Positions 50,516 through 59,728 of a stretch of 64,000 nt of DNA are shown here, in pieces. Location of the stretch: the NCBI GenBank assembly GCA_965208675.1, contig OZ242351.1, positions 1,984,001 through 2,048,000 on the forward strand. Reading direction: 5' to 3'. This stretch comes from Candidatus Poribacteria bacterium (GTDB lineage Bacteria > Poribacteria > WGA-4E > PCPOR2b). The notes beneath the pieces are model-generated. The model saw only the letters and a list, made by a program, of their open reading frames with translations. It ran no database searches and was not told the DNA's origin. The position numbers were made by a program, and so were the translations under genes. Numbering within the stretch: position 1 is the stretch's first letter; each line of letters begins with the position of its first letter.

Positions 50516-53500
50516 ATGCACACGTATGAGGGTGGGATTCGGCTTAGTGCTTCTGATTTAGTTAATCATCTGAGTTGCCGGCATCTGACGCGGTTGAATA
50601 CGGCAGCGGCGCTGGGGGAAATGGTTGCGCCGTCACCCCACGATCCCTTCTTGGAGTTGCTGCAGCAGCGGGGTGCAGAACACGAGGAGAATTATATCCG
50701 GCACCTGAAGGACCGCGGGTTGGAAATTGTTCGCATTGGCGGCGACTCCGTTCAGGACATGAACGTAAATCAGACGGAGGCAGCCATGCGCCGCGGGGCG
50801 GAGGTCATCGTTCAGGGTGCGCTCGCGCACGGACGGTGGTGCGGACGCGCCGATATCCTGCGGCGCGTAGAGGCGCCCAGCCGGCTCGGTAGATGGTCTT
50901 ACGAGGTCTACGACACCAAGCTCTCCCGCGAGACCAAAGGCGCAACCATTCTGCAGTTGTCCCTGTATACCGACCTAGTTGAGCAGATTCAAGGGGAACG
51001 CCCGAAACAGATGTACGTGGTCGTCCCATGGACGGAATTTCAGGAAGAACCGTACCGTACCGATGACTACGCGGCCTACTACCGGTTGGTTCGGCGCAGC
51101 CTAGAGCAGGCGTTGGACGAAGATGTGCCCGCCGATACCTACCCGGATCCCAAACCGCATTGCGATATCTGCCGCTGGCAGCGCCCATGCGAACAGCGCC
51201 GTCGTAATGACGATCATCTTTGTTTGGTGGCGGGAATTTCGAACTCGCAGATTCGAGAACTTCAGTCACGAGACGTTAGCACGACCGCAACCCTGGCGGA
51301 AGAGCCGCTTCCGCTGGCTTGGCAACCGAAACGCGGCGCGAAGTGGAGTTACGAACGGGCGCGAGAGCAGGCGCGAGTGCAGGTAGCGGGGCGGACACAG
51401 AATAGGCTGATCTTCGAAACGCTGGAATTAGCGCCGGACCGCGGCCTCTCCATGCTACCCGAGCCGTCGCCGGGGGACATGTTCTTCGATTTCGAGGGCG
51501 ACCCGTTCGTCGGTGAGGGCGGACTGGATTATCTGTTTGGTTATATTGTCACCGGCGCAGATGGGGTGCACCGGCACTCCGCACTTTGGGCGTTCACTCG
51601 TGCGGACGAGAAAGACAGTTTTGAGCGCTTCGTCGACCTCGTGATTGCGCGCTGGGCGGAGTATCCAGGCATGCACATCTACCACTTCGGCGGCTACGCG
51701 CCGGGGGCGATGAAGCGGTTGATGGGGCGCTACGCCACCCGCGAGGAAGAGGTTGACCGGATGCTGCGGGCAGGTCTTTTTATCGATCTCTACCGCGTAA
51801 TGCGCGAAGGGATTCGTGCCAGCGTGGAGAGTTATTCACTCAAGAATATGGAGGCGTTCTATGGCTTCCAGCGCAGCGTGCCGCATAGGGAAGCTTACCT
51901 GTCCAACTTCAGTATCCAGTCGGCTCTGGAGTTAGGCGATGCACTTAGTATCAGCGATTTTGACAAGGCAACCGTGGCGCGCGCTAACCGGGACCGCTGC
52001 GTCTCCGCATCACGGTTGCGCGATTGGCTGGAACAGGAACGGGAAAAGCTCATCGAGTCCGGCGAGGACATTGAAAGACCTGCAGCGGGAGACGGGGAGG
52101 CGTCGGAGTCGATTAGTGAACGCCAAGAACGGGTCGCGACGTTATCCGAAGCCATCGCTGGGGATGTCCCAGCGGATTCGGAGGAACGGACCGCAGAGCA
52201 ACAGGCGAGGTGGGTGCTGGCAAACCTGTTGGACTGGCACCGACGCGAGGAGAAGGCGACGTGGTGGGAGTTCTTCAGGTTGGCCGATTTGTCCGCAGAG
52301 GACTTGAGCGAGGAGCGGTCTGCACTCTCCGGACTCGCGTTCATAGGTACTGTTGGCGGAACGGATGAAAGACCCGTGCACCGATACCAGTTTGAACCTC
52401 AACAGACCGAACTGAAGGGCGGCGAGTCTCTGCGCGGTGTTGGAGGGGAATGGTACGGGACGTTGGATCAAATTAATTTAGAGGATCGCACCGTAGACAT
52501 AAAGAAAGGCGGCGACAATGCCAATGTACATCATCCTGCGGTCTACGCTCAAAACTACGTTCGCACTCATGTGCTTGCGGATGCCCTCTTGCGCATCGGC
52601 GAACACGTTGCTGAGAACGGCATTACCGTCGGCGGCGACAATAACGCTGCCCAGGATCTCTTGCTGCGGCAGCCGCCTCGCTTGGAAGGAAATCCTATCC
52701 GCCGGGGAGGAGAAACCGCTTTGCAGGCGGCTACCCGTATCGCGCCCTTGCTAGACGCGGGCGTGTTGCCGGTCCAAGGGCCGCCGGGCGCGGGCAAGAC
52801 TTACACCGGTGCGCGGATGATTGTTGAGCTTATCAAAAGCGGCAAACAGGTCGGTATCACCGCCAACAGCCACAAGGTTATACGAAATCTTTTGGACGAG
52901 GTGATGCGCGCGGCTCAAGGACAGGACATCCCGGTCGAGGCGATCCAGAAATGTTCTGAGGAGGACTTTGAGGAAAGCGCGTACGGCATTGCGCGGGCAA
53001 CGAGCAATGCCGGCTTGTTCTCTGCGCTAGCTTTTGGGACAGAGGTTGCCGGCGGCTCAGCTTGGTTATGGAGCCGTCCGGAGGCGCATGGCGTAGTAGA
53101 CGTGCTATTTATTGATGAGGCGGCACAGATGTCTCTCGCTAACGTTCTCGCGGTGTCGCATGCCGCCGACAGCCTAGTTCTGTTGGGCGACCCGCAGCAG
53201 TTAGACCAACCGACTAAGGGTACGCACCCCGACGGCACCGGCGTCTCAGCTCTGGCTCATCTGTTGGGCGGCCGACAGACGATTGCGGAGCATCAGGGGT
53301 TGTTCCTAGAGGAGACCTGGCGGTTGCATCCCAAAGTATGCGAGTTCACGTCCGACGCCTTTTACCAAGGTAGGTTGAAATCACGCCAGGGCATGGAGAT
53401 TCAAAAGCTCAACTCTAGCAGTCCCGTATCGGGCACGGGGCTGCGCTTAATGCCGGTGCACCATGAAGGGAATCGAAATTCGTCGGTTGAAGAGGCGGAG

Positions 53501-53929
53501 CGGGTTGCGGAGCTGTTTCGGCGGCTGACTGACGGCACGTCCGTCTGGACAAACGACAAGGGTGAAACGCTGCCGGTGACGGAGCGCGACGTGCTGATTA
53601 TTACGCCTTACAACGCCCAGGTGTCGGAGTTGATGAATCGGCTGCCGGATGCCAGGATTGGGACAGTGGACAAGTTCCAGGGGCAAGAAGCCCCGGTGGT
53701 GATTTACTCGATGGCGACATCGTCGCCGGAGGATGCGCCGCGCGGCATGGAATTTCTGTATAGCCTCAACCGGCTCAACGTCGCCACTTCGCGGGCGCGC
53801 TGCGTCTGCGTGTTGGCGGCATCTCCGAAACTGTTCGAACCGGAGTGCCACACGCCGCGCCAAATGAAGCTCGCCAACGCATTCTGCCGCTACCGGGAGT
53901 TGGCAACAGAGATAGCGGCGTCGGATTAG
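50516..53929 (+). CDS. TM0106-family RecB/Cas4-like nuclease + RNase H-like domain + SF1 (Dna2/Upf1-like) helicase
   Basis: LSASDL..C, GRADIL..YEVYDTKL..LQL.LY, CDICRW..C, FFDFEGDPF, QGPPGAGKT, IDEAAQ, LGDPQQL, TVDKFQGQE, NRLNVATSRAR. Confidence 0.92.
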   Translation: MHTYEGGIRLSASDLVNHLSCRHLTRLNTAAALGEMVAPSPHDPFLELLQQRGAEHEENYIRHLKDRGLEIVRIGGDSVQDMNVNQTEAAMRRGAEVIVQGALAHGRWCGRADILRRVEAPSRLGRWSYEVYDTKLSRETKGATILQLSLYTDLVEQIQGERPKQMYVVVPWTEFQEEPYRTDDYAAYYRLVRRSLEQALDEDVPADTYPDPKPHCDICRWQRPCEQRRRNDDHLCLVAGISNSQIRELQSRDVSTTATLAEEPLPLAWQPKRGAKWSYERAREQARVQVAGRTQNRLIFETLELAPDRGLSMLPEPSPGDMFFDFEGDPFVGEGGLDYLFGYIVTGADGVHRHSALWAFTRADEKDSFERFVDLVIARWAEYPGMHIYHFGGYAPGAMKRLMGRYATREEEVDRMLRAGLFIDLYRVMREGIRASVESYSLKNMEAFYGFQRSVPHREAYLSNFSIQSALELGDALSISDFDKATVARANRDRCVSASRLRDWLEQEREKLIESGEDIERPAAGDGEASESISERQERVATLSEAIAGDVPADSEERTAEQQARWVLANLLDWHRREEKATWWEFFRLADLSAEDLSEERSALSGLAFIGTVGGTDERPVHRYQFEPQQTELKGGESLRGVGGEWYGTLDQINLEDRTVDIKKGGDNANVHHPAVYAQNYVRTHVLADALLRIGEHVAENGITVGGDNNAAQDLLLRQPPRLEGNPIRRGGETALQAATRIAPLLDAGVLPVQGPPGAGKTYTGARMIVELIKSGKQVGITANSHKVIRNLLDEVMRAAQGQDIPVEAIQKCSEEDFEESAYGIARATSNAGLFSALAFGTEVAGGSAWLWSRPEAHGVVDVLFIDEAAQMSLANVLAVSHAADSLVLLGDPQQLDQPTKGTHPDGTGVSALAHLLGGRQTIAEHQGLFLEETWRLHPKVCEFTSDAFYQGRLKSRQGMEIQKLNSSSPVSGTGLRLMPVHHEGNRNSSVEEAERVAELFRRLTDGTSVWTNDKGETLPVTERDVLIITPYNAQVSELMNRLPDARIGTVDKFQGQEAPVVIYSMATSSPEDAPRGMEFLYSLNRLNVATSRARCVCVLAASPKLFEPECHTPRQMKLANAFCRYRELATEIAASD

Positions 53930-54040
53930 GACGCAGCACCTTCGGCGAACCTGGCGCCGCGCATTCAACTTCTCGTGAATCCGCCGGACGAATTTCTGCG
54001 TTGAGATGATTGCCACCCACAACCAACAAAGGAGCTAATC

Positions 54041-54424
54041 ATGAAGATTCAACTGACGGGTGTAGTTGTTGACGACCAAGACAAAGCGCTTAAATTCTAT
54101 GTCGACGTGCTGGGGTTTGTTAAGAAACAGGATTTTCCGGTGGGTCAATTCAGGTGGATTACAGTTATTTCACCGGAAGGACACGATGATGTTGAATTGG
54201 TGCTTGAACCTAACGAAAACCCGGCGTCCAAGACTTTCCAAAAGTCGATCTACGAGCAGGGAATTCCGTACACGTCATTTGCGGTTGACGATATTCAAAA
54301 AGAGTACGAACGATTGACCGAACTGGGCGTCGAATTTAAGATGGCGCCGACGGAAACCGGAGATGTGATTACGGCCATATTTGATGATACGTGCGGCAAT
54401 CTCATACAGATCCATCAGGTCTAA
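54041..54424 (+). CDS. VOC/glyoxalase family protein
   Basis: VDDQDKALKFYVDVLGF, FAVDDIQKEYERL, FDDTCGNLIQI; AAGGAG RBS. Confidence 0.93.
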   Translation: MKIQLTGVVVDDQDKALKFYVDVLGFVKKQDFPVGQFRWITVISPEGHDDVELVLEPNENPASKTFQKSIYEQGIPYTSFAVDDIQKEYERLTELGVEFKMAPTETGDVITAIFDDTCGNLIQIHQV

Positions 54425-54539
54425 CCGGTTATTTTTTTTACAGTCGGTCAATTTTTGGTAATTTCAACAATTGACCTCCGGCGTTCACTCGCGTCCGTTG
54501 AGGCGGCGGCGCCGTGAGGAAGAACTGGAGCGAATTAGG

Positions 54540-55658
54540 ATGAAACCCGATAAAGCACTTGCCACCGCAGCCGCGGCGGGCGACCTCAAAGCTATGCGTG
54601 CTATGCTCAATGAAGATAGCACGCTCGCCGCTAACTGGAAGCCGATAATGGATGCGTGTTACGCCGGACAGGCAGACGCGGCAGCCCTTCTGCTTGAGCA
54701 TGGGGCCGATCCGAACGTGAAATCCAAGTCCGCCCACCACTACCGCCCGCTGCACCGCACGGTGGAGTACAAGAAGACTGCACCCAAGCACGACGGCCAT
54801 CATCAGGTGGTTAAGTTGTTACTTGATGCGGGCGCCGACCCATTGATGCAGGGCAGTTATACGTTTATTAGCGCGATCGCCGTTTGCGCTACGGGCGAAT
54901 CGACTGAATTTTTGCCTGCGCTGCTGGACAGCGCGCCCCGGCGGTACGACATCTTCCACGCGGCTGTGCTTGGCGACGCTTCTCGCGTCAATGCTCTATT
55001 GAAGGATGACCCATCCCTGGCAAAGGCGCATCATGAGGGAACTAAAATTTGGACGAGCGACAAGGGCTGGACGCCGCTGACTTACTGCGTCAGTTCCCGC
55101 GTGGGAAACGACAGCGAGAAGAAGCGGAAGGCACTGGCGCGGATTGCGGGGAGTTTGATTGAACACGGCGCCGACCTGACCGGCTGCGTCGATCAAGCCA
55201 TCTACAGAAATAATTCGGAGGTTTTCGAGTTGCTGCTTAAATCCGGTGGTAGATGCGCCGACGACGACACGCTCAACCACGCGGCTTGCGACGGGCATTT
55301 TGACTCGCTTGAACTGCTACTAGAATACGGAGCAGCACTCGACGGCACCCGCGGGACGGATCATCACGGCGGTTACACGCCGCTGGGATGTACGGTGTCG
55401 TGCCGCAGCATCCAGGGCGCCCGATGGTTTTTGGAGAAGGGGCAGGATCCGAACAACATCAAGAGCAAGTATGGTGAAAACTGTTTGCATGTGGCGGTGC
55501 ATTTCGGCGCCAGCGACAAGATGCTGCAGTTGCTGCTTGATTACGGCGCCAAGCTTGACCAGAAGGATAAACAGGGACGTACACCGCTTGCGCGCGCACA
55601 TGAGAAGAAGCACAAGAAGGCGATAAGCTTTTTGGAATCTGCCGGTGCAGCGGCATGA
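54540..55658 (+). CDS. Ankyrin repeat protein
   Basis: LLLEHGADPN, YRPLHR, GWTPLTY, GYTPLG, GENCLHVAV, GRTPLARA. Confidence 0.9.
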   Translation: MKPDKALATAAAAGDLKAMRAMLNEDSTLAANWKPIMDACYAGQADAAALLLEHGADPNVKSKSAHHYRPLHRTVEYKKTAPKHDGHHQVVKLLLDAGADPLMQGSYTFISAIAVCATGESTEFLPALLDSAPRRYDIFHAAVLGDASRVNALLKDDPSLAKAHHEGTKIWTSDKGWTPLTYCVSSRVGNDSEKKRKALARIAGSLIEHGADLTGCVDQAIYRNNSEVFELLLKSGGRCADDDTLNHAACDGHFDSLELLLEYGAALDGTRGTDHHGGYTPLGCTVSCRSIQGARWFLEKGQDPNNIKSKYGENCLHVAVHFGASDKMLQLLLDYGAKLDQKDKQGRTPLARAHEKKHKKAISFLESAGAAA

Positions 55659-55751
55659 GCAGCGGGGAATCATCGTTAACCATCAGCATGGCGCAATACC
55701 GTGGCGCGGTTGCAGGATTTTTGATGCAAATTCCCGCCGGTGAATACTTTT

Positions 55752-55783
55752 CACTTGACAACTAAGTGTGCGTGTAGTATATT
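55752..55783 (+). promoter_or_regulatory. Promoter with overlapping palindrome upstream of radical SAM gene
   Basis: TTGACA(55755)-17 bp-TATATT; CACTT-N7-AAGTG overlaps the -35; ATG follows 7 nt after the -10. Confidence 0.6.
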
Positions 55784-55790
55784 TTAGGTT

Positions 55791-56576
55791 ATGCCACACG
55801 CCCACTTAAACATAGAAGAACACGCGGCGCGTTCGGTGTTGATGCCGCAAGACGGAATCCCGGTCAAAGGATACACCCTCAATCCGTACATCGGCTGCGG
55901 CATGGGGTGCGCCTATTGCTATGTGATGAAGTACCACTATGCGCGCGAGCATCCTCTGCCTTGGGGAACTTGGGTCAAGCCGAAGGTGAACGCACCATTT
56001 CTGATTGGGAAGGCGCGCGCCAAAATGTGGGGGCGCCGGATATTCGTGGGTTCCGCCACGGATCCGTACCAATACATTGAACGGCAATACCGGCTCACGC
56101 GGCGTTGTTTGAAAATAGTGTTGGAAAGCAACCCGAAAAGTGTTGTCGTGCACACGCGCAGTCCGCTCATCTTGGACGACGTTGAGCTACTGCAGGCGTT
56201 TGGCAACCGCTTGCGGGTGGGCTTTTCTGTTCCTACCGACGACGATAGGGTGCGGCGCAAACTTGAGCCGCATGCGCCGCGGATTGGGGTTCGCTTGAGA
56301 ACAATGCGCCGCCTCAGAGCTGCAGGAATTTACGTCATGGCGTCCTTGACACCGCTGCTCCACTGCAGCAGCCCGACCCGCTTCGCCCAACTCCTCAAAG
56401 ATGCCGCAGACGGCGTCTATACCGGGGCAATCCGCTACCTAGACAAAACAGGCATACAGCAGATGGACCGCGCAAAAGCGTACTTCGGCAGCACCGAGTA
56501 CGAGGAACTGATTGAAGAGATGAACCGATGTTTGGCAGCGGTCGGGTTGCTGAAAGATTGTCACAGCGAAGAGTAG
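55791..56576 (+). CDS. Radical SAM protein, SplB-like
   Basis: LNPYIGCGMGCAYCY (CxxxCxxC), GSATDPYQ..E, TRSPLILDD, LEPHAP. Confidence 0.9.
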   Translation: MPHAHLNIEEHAARSVLMPQDGIPVKGYTLNPYIGCGMGCAYCYVMKYHYAREHPLPWGTWVKPKVNAPFLIGKARAKMWGRRIFVGSATDPYQYIERQYRLTRRCLKIVLESNPKSVVVHTRSPLILDDVELLQAFGNRLRVGFSVPTDDDRVRRKLEPHAPRIGVRLRTMRRLRAAGIYVMASLTPLLHCSSPTRFAQLLKDAADGVYTGAIRYLDKTGIQQMDRAKAYFGSTEYEELIEEMNRCLAAVGLLKDCHSEE

Positions 56577-56598
56577 GACACAACGGTCTTTAGTCGTC

Positions 56599-56928
56599 TT
56601 AGTAACGGACGGCCCTCGCGTTGTTCGGAAACGTGTACTCGCGGGCTTGTGAGCGTCCGGGCCAAGCTTCTATACCTGTATGCGATAACCCGTAGTAGTC
56701 CACCATTGTTGTGGAGACACTCGCCGCGTCTCTTCTCAGATGATTCAAGATGTCCCTTCTTGCCACTGGCCATGCCCGAATCCCTCCACGCTGACTCCGC
56801 TGACGGGCATTACCTACCAATCGTGCACCAACCATTGAGAAACCACGGACGCACAGATGTGGCGCCAGGATTTGGTTGACGAAACTTTCTTCGGTTTGTC
56901 CCTCCACATGAACGAGCAATCTGGTCAT
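56599..56928 (-). pseudogene. DUF4276 (TOPRIM-like) protein, C-terminally truncated
   Basis: VHVEGQTEESFV, GGI..W, TTMVDYYGL, AWPGR; ends at 109 aa without the usual HEFE-containing C-terminal half. Confidence 0.7.
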
Positions 56929-58052
56929 TGCGCTGTACCCCGATTTGCGGACTCAGGTGCCGGACGTCCGCCAAACTCATTTTTCTCCCAGAGTTGACCG
57001 AGGCTATAATTCTCAAGCCGGTTTTTCAGTTTTTCTCCTTCTAGCCTCATGAATTGAGTTGCTCCTTCCACACGATTAGTTACAAGTAGGTCATCTGGTT
57101 CGAAATGGTCGAGCAATAGAGATGACTGTGTCGCGAGGACAATTTGGGTTTCCACGGACGCCTGTTTGATCAGAGAGGCGAGAATTGCGATTGCGGATGG
57201 ATTCAATCCTAGTTCGGGTTCGTCCAAAAGAATCACGGAAGGGCGCAGTCTTCTCGGTTGCAACAGCAAAGTCGCCAAAGCGATGAACCGCAGCGTTGCA
57301 TCGGACAGGGAATGTGCGTCAAAGTAATTGTCGAATTCATCATGCCGCCACTCAAGTCGGATTTTATCTCTCTTGAGCGTCAATAACTCAAGGACAAAAA
57401 ACGGGACAACCAGCCGCACTGTACAGAGTATCAAATCATAATAATTCTCGTGTTTTTCGCGCAGGCGATACAATAAAGACGCGAGATTCGAGCCGTCAGA
57501 CCGCAAGCAGCGATTATCGCTTTGATAGCTTATAGTCCTCAAGGGTGATGTGGAACTTGTGTCGTTAAAATGATACACTCGCCATCGCATAAGGTGGTTT
57601 CGAACGCCCGATATTGCTTGAGATCGCCGTTGCGGAATGCGGATCCCGGCTTCTCCAGCCCGTCCGATAAGCGACTGCTTGTAGGGTTGGCCGGGATATT
57701 TTGCCTTGTCCAAATACAAAACTTCTTCATCGGAAGGATACATACCATCAAAATCATCTGCCTCAAACTTTATTTCATACCGGTATTTTTCGTTCTCGAA
57801 TGATATGTGAATTGTCAGATGTTGTGTTATTCCCGCGCCGAAGTGCAAAATCCTGTCTGCTCCGCCAGACCGTGAGATGTAGTTTTGAAATTGCCCATCG
57901 CTGATGGCATTCAGCAAGGAGAAGACATGGAGGAGGTTGGACTTCCCTGCGCCGTTCGGACCGATTAGTACGTTGATTGGGCGGAGCTCCAATTTTTCCA
58001 TGGAATTGATACTCTTGAAACCCCTTACTGTTATCCAATCAAGTGCAGGCAT
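56925..58052 (-). CDS. AAA_21 ABC-type ATPase paired with DUF4276
   Basis: GFKSI, GPNGAGKSN, LSDATLRF, LDEPELGLNP, ATQS, YSLGQLWEKNEFGGRP; ATGA-coupled to DUF4276. Confidence 0.88.
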   Translation of the reverse strand: MPALDWITVRGFKSINSMEKLELRPINVLIGPNGAGKSNLLHVFSLLNAISDGQFQNYISRSGGADRILHFGAGITQHLTIHISFENEKYRYEIKFEADDFDGMYPSDEEVLYLDKAKYPGQPYKQSLIGRAGEAGIRIPQRRSQAISGVRNHLMRWRVYHFNDTSSTSPLRTISYQSDNRCLRSDGSNLASLLYRLREKHENYYDLILCTVRLVVPFFVLELLTLKRDKIRLEWRHDEFDNYFDAHSLSDATLRFIALATLLLQPRRLRPSVILLDEPELGLNPSAIAILASLIKQASVETQIVLATQSSLLLDHFEPDDLLVTNRVEGATQFMRLEGEKLKNRLENYSLGQLWEKNEFGGRPAPESANRGTAQ

Positions 58053-58206
58053 GGGAACCTCTCTGTGCGTGGAAAACGTTCAACGATGTGCGCTGCAGAC
58101 TGTAGCTAGCGGGAAGGTTTCTATTTATCTGAAAAAACTATCTTCGATTTGATGATTGAAGATCCCCGCTAGGGTTTTGGCTTTATAGTGAATTGAAGTT
58201 TCTATA

Positions 58207-58281
58207 TATCTGCCGCCCCGCTGGGGCTAAATGTTGATATGTTACTATGAATTCTATATACCTGTCGCCCCTCTGGGGCTA
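58207..58281. repeat. REP family A pair
   Basis: ATCTGCCGCCCCGCTGGGGCT and ACCTGTCGCCCCTCTGGGGCT. Confidence 0.8.
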
Positions 58282-58314
58282 TCGGGCGGTGGAATAACTT
58301 TGGAAAGATGTCTA

Positions 58315-59712
58315 TTATTTTGCGACAATTACAGTGCCGGTTTTGAAGCTTTCGCCGACCTGCATTTGGTAAACGTAAACGCCGCTTTCGACGAGATTGC
58401 CATCCTCGTCTTCGCCGTTCCATTCTAGCTCGCGTGCGCCCGCATCTCCTATCAACTCTTTGACAAGTACGCCGTTGATGTTGAAAATTAGGACGGTGAA
58501 TTCTCCTTCAGCATCTTCAATTGCCCGCGCGGGAAACACAACACGGTTGTAATCGGCATTGCTGGAAAGCGGGGTAAAGGGATTGGGAAAGGGTTCGCCG
58601 AGAATTCGAAGCGTTTGAGCGGTTTGTTCCGACCTGTTGCCGGTTTCGTCAATTGCTTCGACAGCGTAAATAAAAACGCCCACGCCGAGTGCGCGCCGGT
58701 CGATAAATTCCAACGGCTGATCGGCGGGGATTTTTCCATCGCCACCGGTCTCATCAAGTATAGGGGTCAACTGATCGCCTAACCGCCCAAAAAAGAGTCC
58801 GTATTCCGCAACATCGCGAGTGGGACTACTCTCCCACGTCACCTCAATCCTGCCGCCGACCGTATTTATTGCGACGCCGGCGGGCGGTTGCGGCGCGGCA
58901 GTATCCGGGTGAACGTCAACGAAGATTGGCTCAGAACGTGTGGATTGCAATAGCGGTGTCTTGTAGGCTGTAATTGAGTAACTGTGCGTTCCCGGAGGAA
59001 CATTCACATCTTGAAAAACGGTCGCAGACGGCGTTTCGACATTGATTGGCGGATCTGCGTCACGATAAATGAAATAGCCGTTGACATCCGAGTCAGTCGA
59101 CTTGTGCCATTTAATAATTACGTCGTTTTCGCCAGTGGGCTCCGTCTCTACAGTAAACCCTTGTACTGGTGCCGGGGGTACGTTGGGAATAACCAGTAGG
59201 GAAAAGTCATTATTGTTTGATTTGCCGTCTACATTTCCTGGTTTGATAGCTTCGCCGATTGGGCGGTCTTCCTTATTTCTGAGCCGCACGTTAAAATTTG
59301 CCGCGCCCGTGGTTTCAGGGGTTCTACTGTCGAAAACAATTTCGTAGTATGCGTTACTCAGATCCGCAATTGGATTGGTGAGAACAATTCGCAGGATATT
59401 CCCTGTGACTTCCGGTTCAGCTGCAATTGGCTCGCCGTCTCGCGCCACGAATCGAAAATTCGTCTGCCAGAACATCTGCGCTTGTGCCAACCTGATTTCC
59501 ATGGTTCTGATGTCCTCCGTGCCGGGTTCTGCGAGCGACCGATCGATGGTAAGGGCTACAATTAACGTCACCGTGGAACTAGCGGGTGCACGCCCTTGAT
59601 TGTCTCCTTCGACGTTTATTTCTCCTCTGGAGTCTACGGCAGCGTTAGCGTTAAACGCCGCACACAGAAGTAAAAAGGTAATTATTCCGATGGTGAAATG
59701 GCGTTTTGTCAC
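58315..59712 (-). CDS. Secreted protein with two Fn3-like domains and C-terminal FlgD-like/T9SS-type sorting domain
   Basis: Signal peptide, PPAPVQG..W..D.NGY.IYR, DTAAPQPP..W..YAVEAIDETGNRS, C-terminal PNPFTP..IFNING.LV..WNGEDEDG..VESGVYVY. Confidence 0.82.
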   Translation of the reverse strand: MTKRHFTIGIITFLLLCAAFNANAAVDSRGEINVEGDNQGRAPASSTVTLIVALTIDRSLAEPGTEDIRTMEIRLAQAQMFWQTNFRFVARDGEPIAAEPEVTGNILRIVLTNPIADLSNAYYEIVFDSRTPETTGAANFNVRLRNKEDRPIGEAIKPGNVDGKSNNNDFSLLVIPNVPPAPVQGFTVETEPTGENDVIIKWHKSTDSDVNGYFIYRDADPPINVETPSATVFQDVNVPPGTHSYSITAYKTPLLQSTRSEPIFVDVHPDTAAPQPPAGVAINTVGGRIEVTWESSPTRDVAEYGLFFGRLGDQLTPILDETGGDGKIPADQPLEFIDRRALGVGVFIYAVEAIDETGNRSEQTAQTLRILGEPFPNPFTPLSSNADYNRVVFPARAIEDAEGEFTVLIFNINGVLVKELIGDAGARELEWNGEDEDGNLVESGVYVYQMQVGESFKTGTVIVAK

Positions 59713-59728
59713 GTTTTCCTCCTTTTAC

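Noticed and set aside
50516-51250. Cas4 / CRISPR adaptation gene
   Set aside because: The Cas4-like nuclease is the N-terminal domain of a TM0106 nuclease-helicase fusion; no cas1/cas2 or array.
19344-58052. tRNA-Asn-anchored integrative element
   Set aside because: No integrase in the window and I found no duplicate of the tRNA 3' end to serve as attR.
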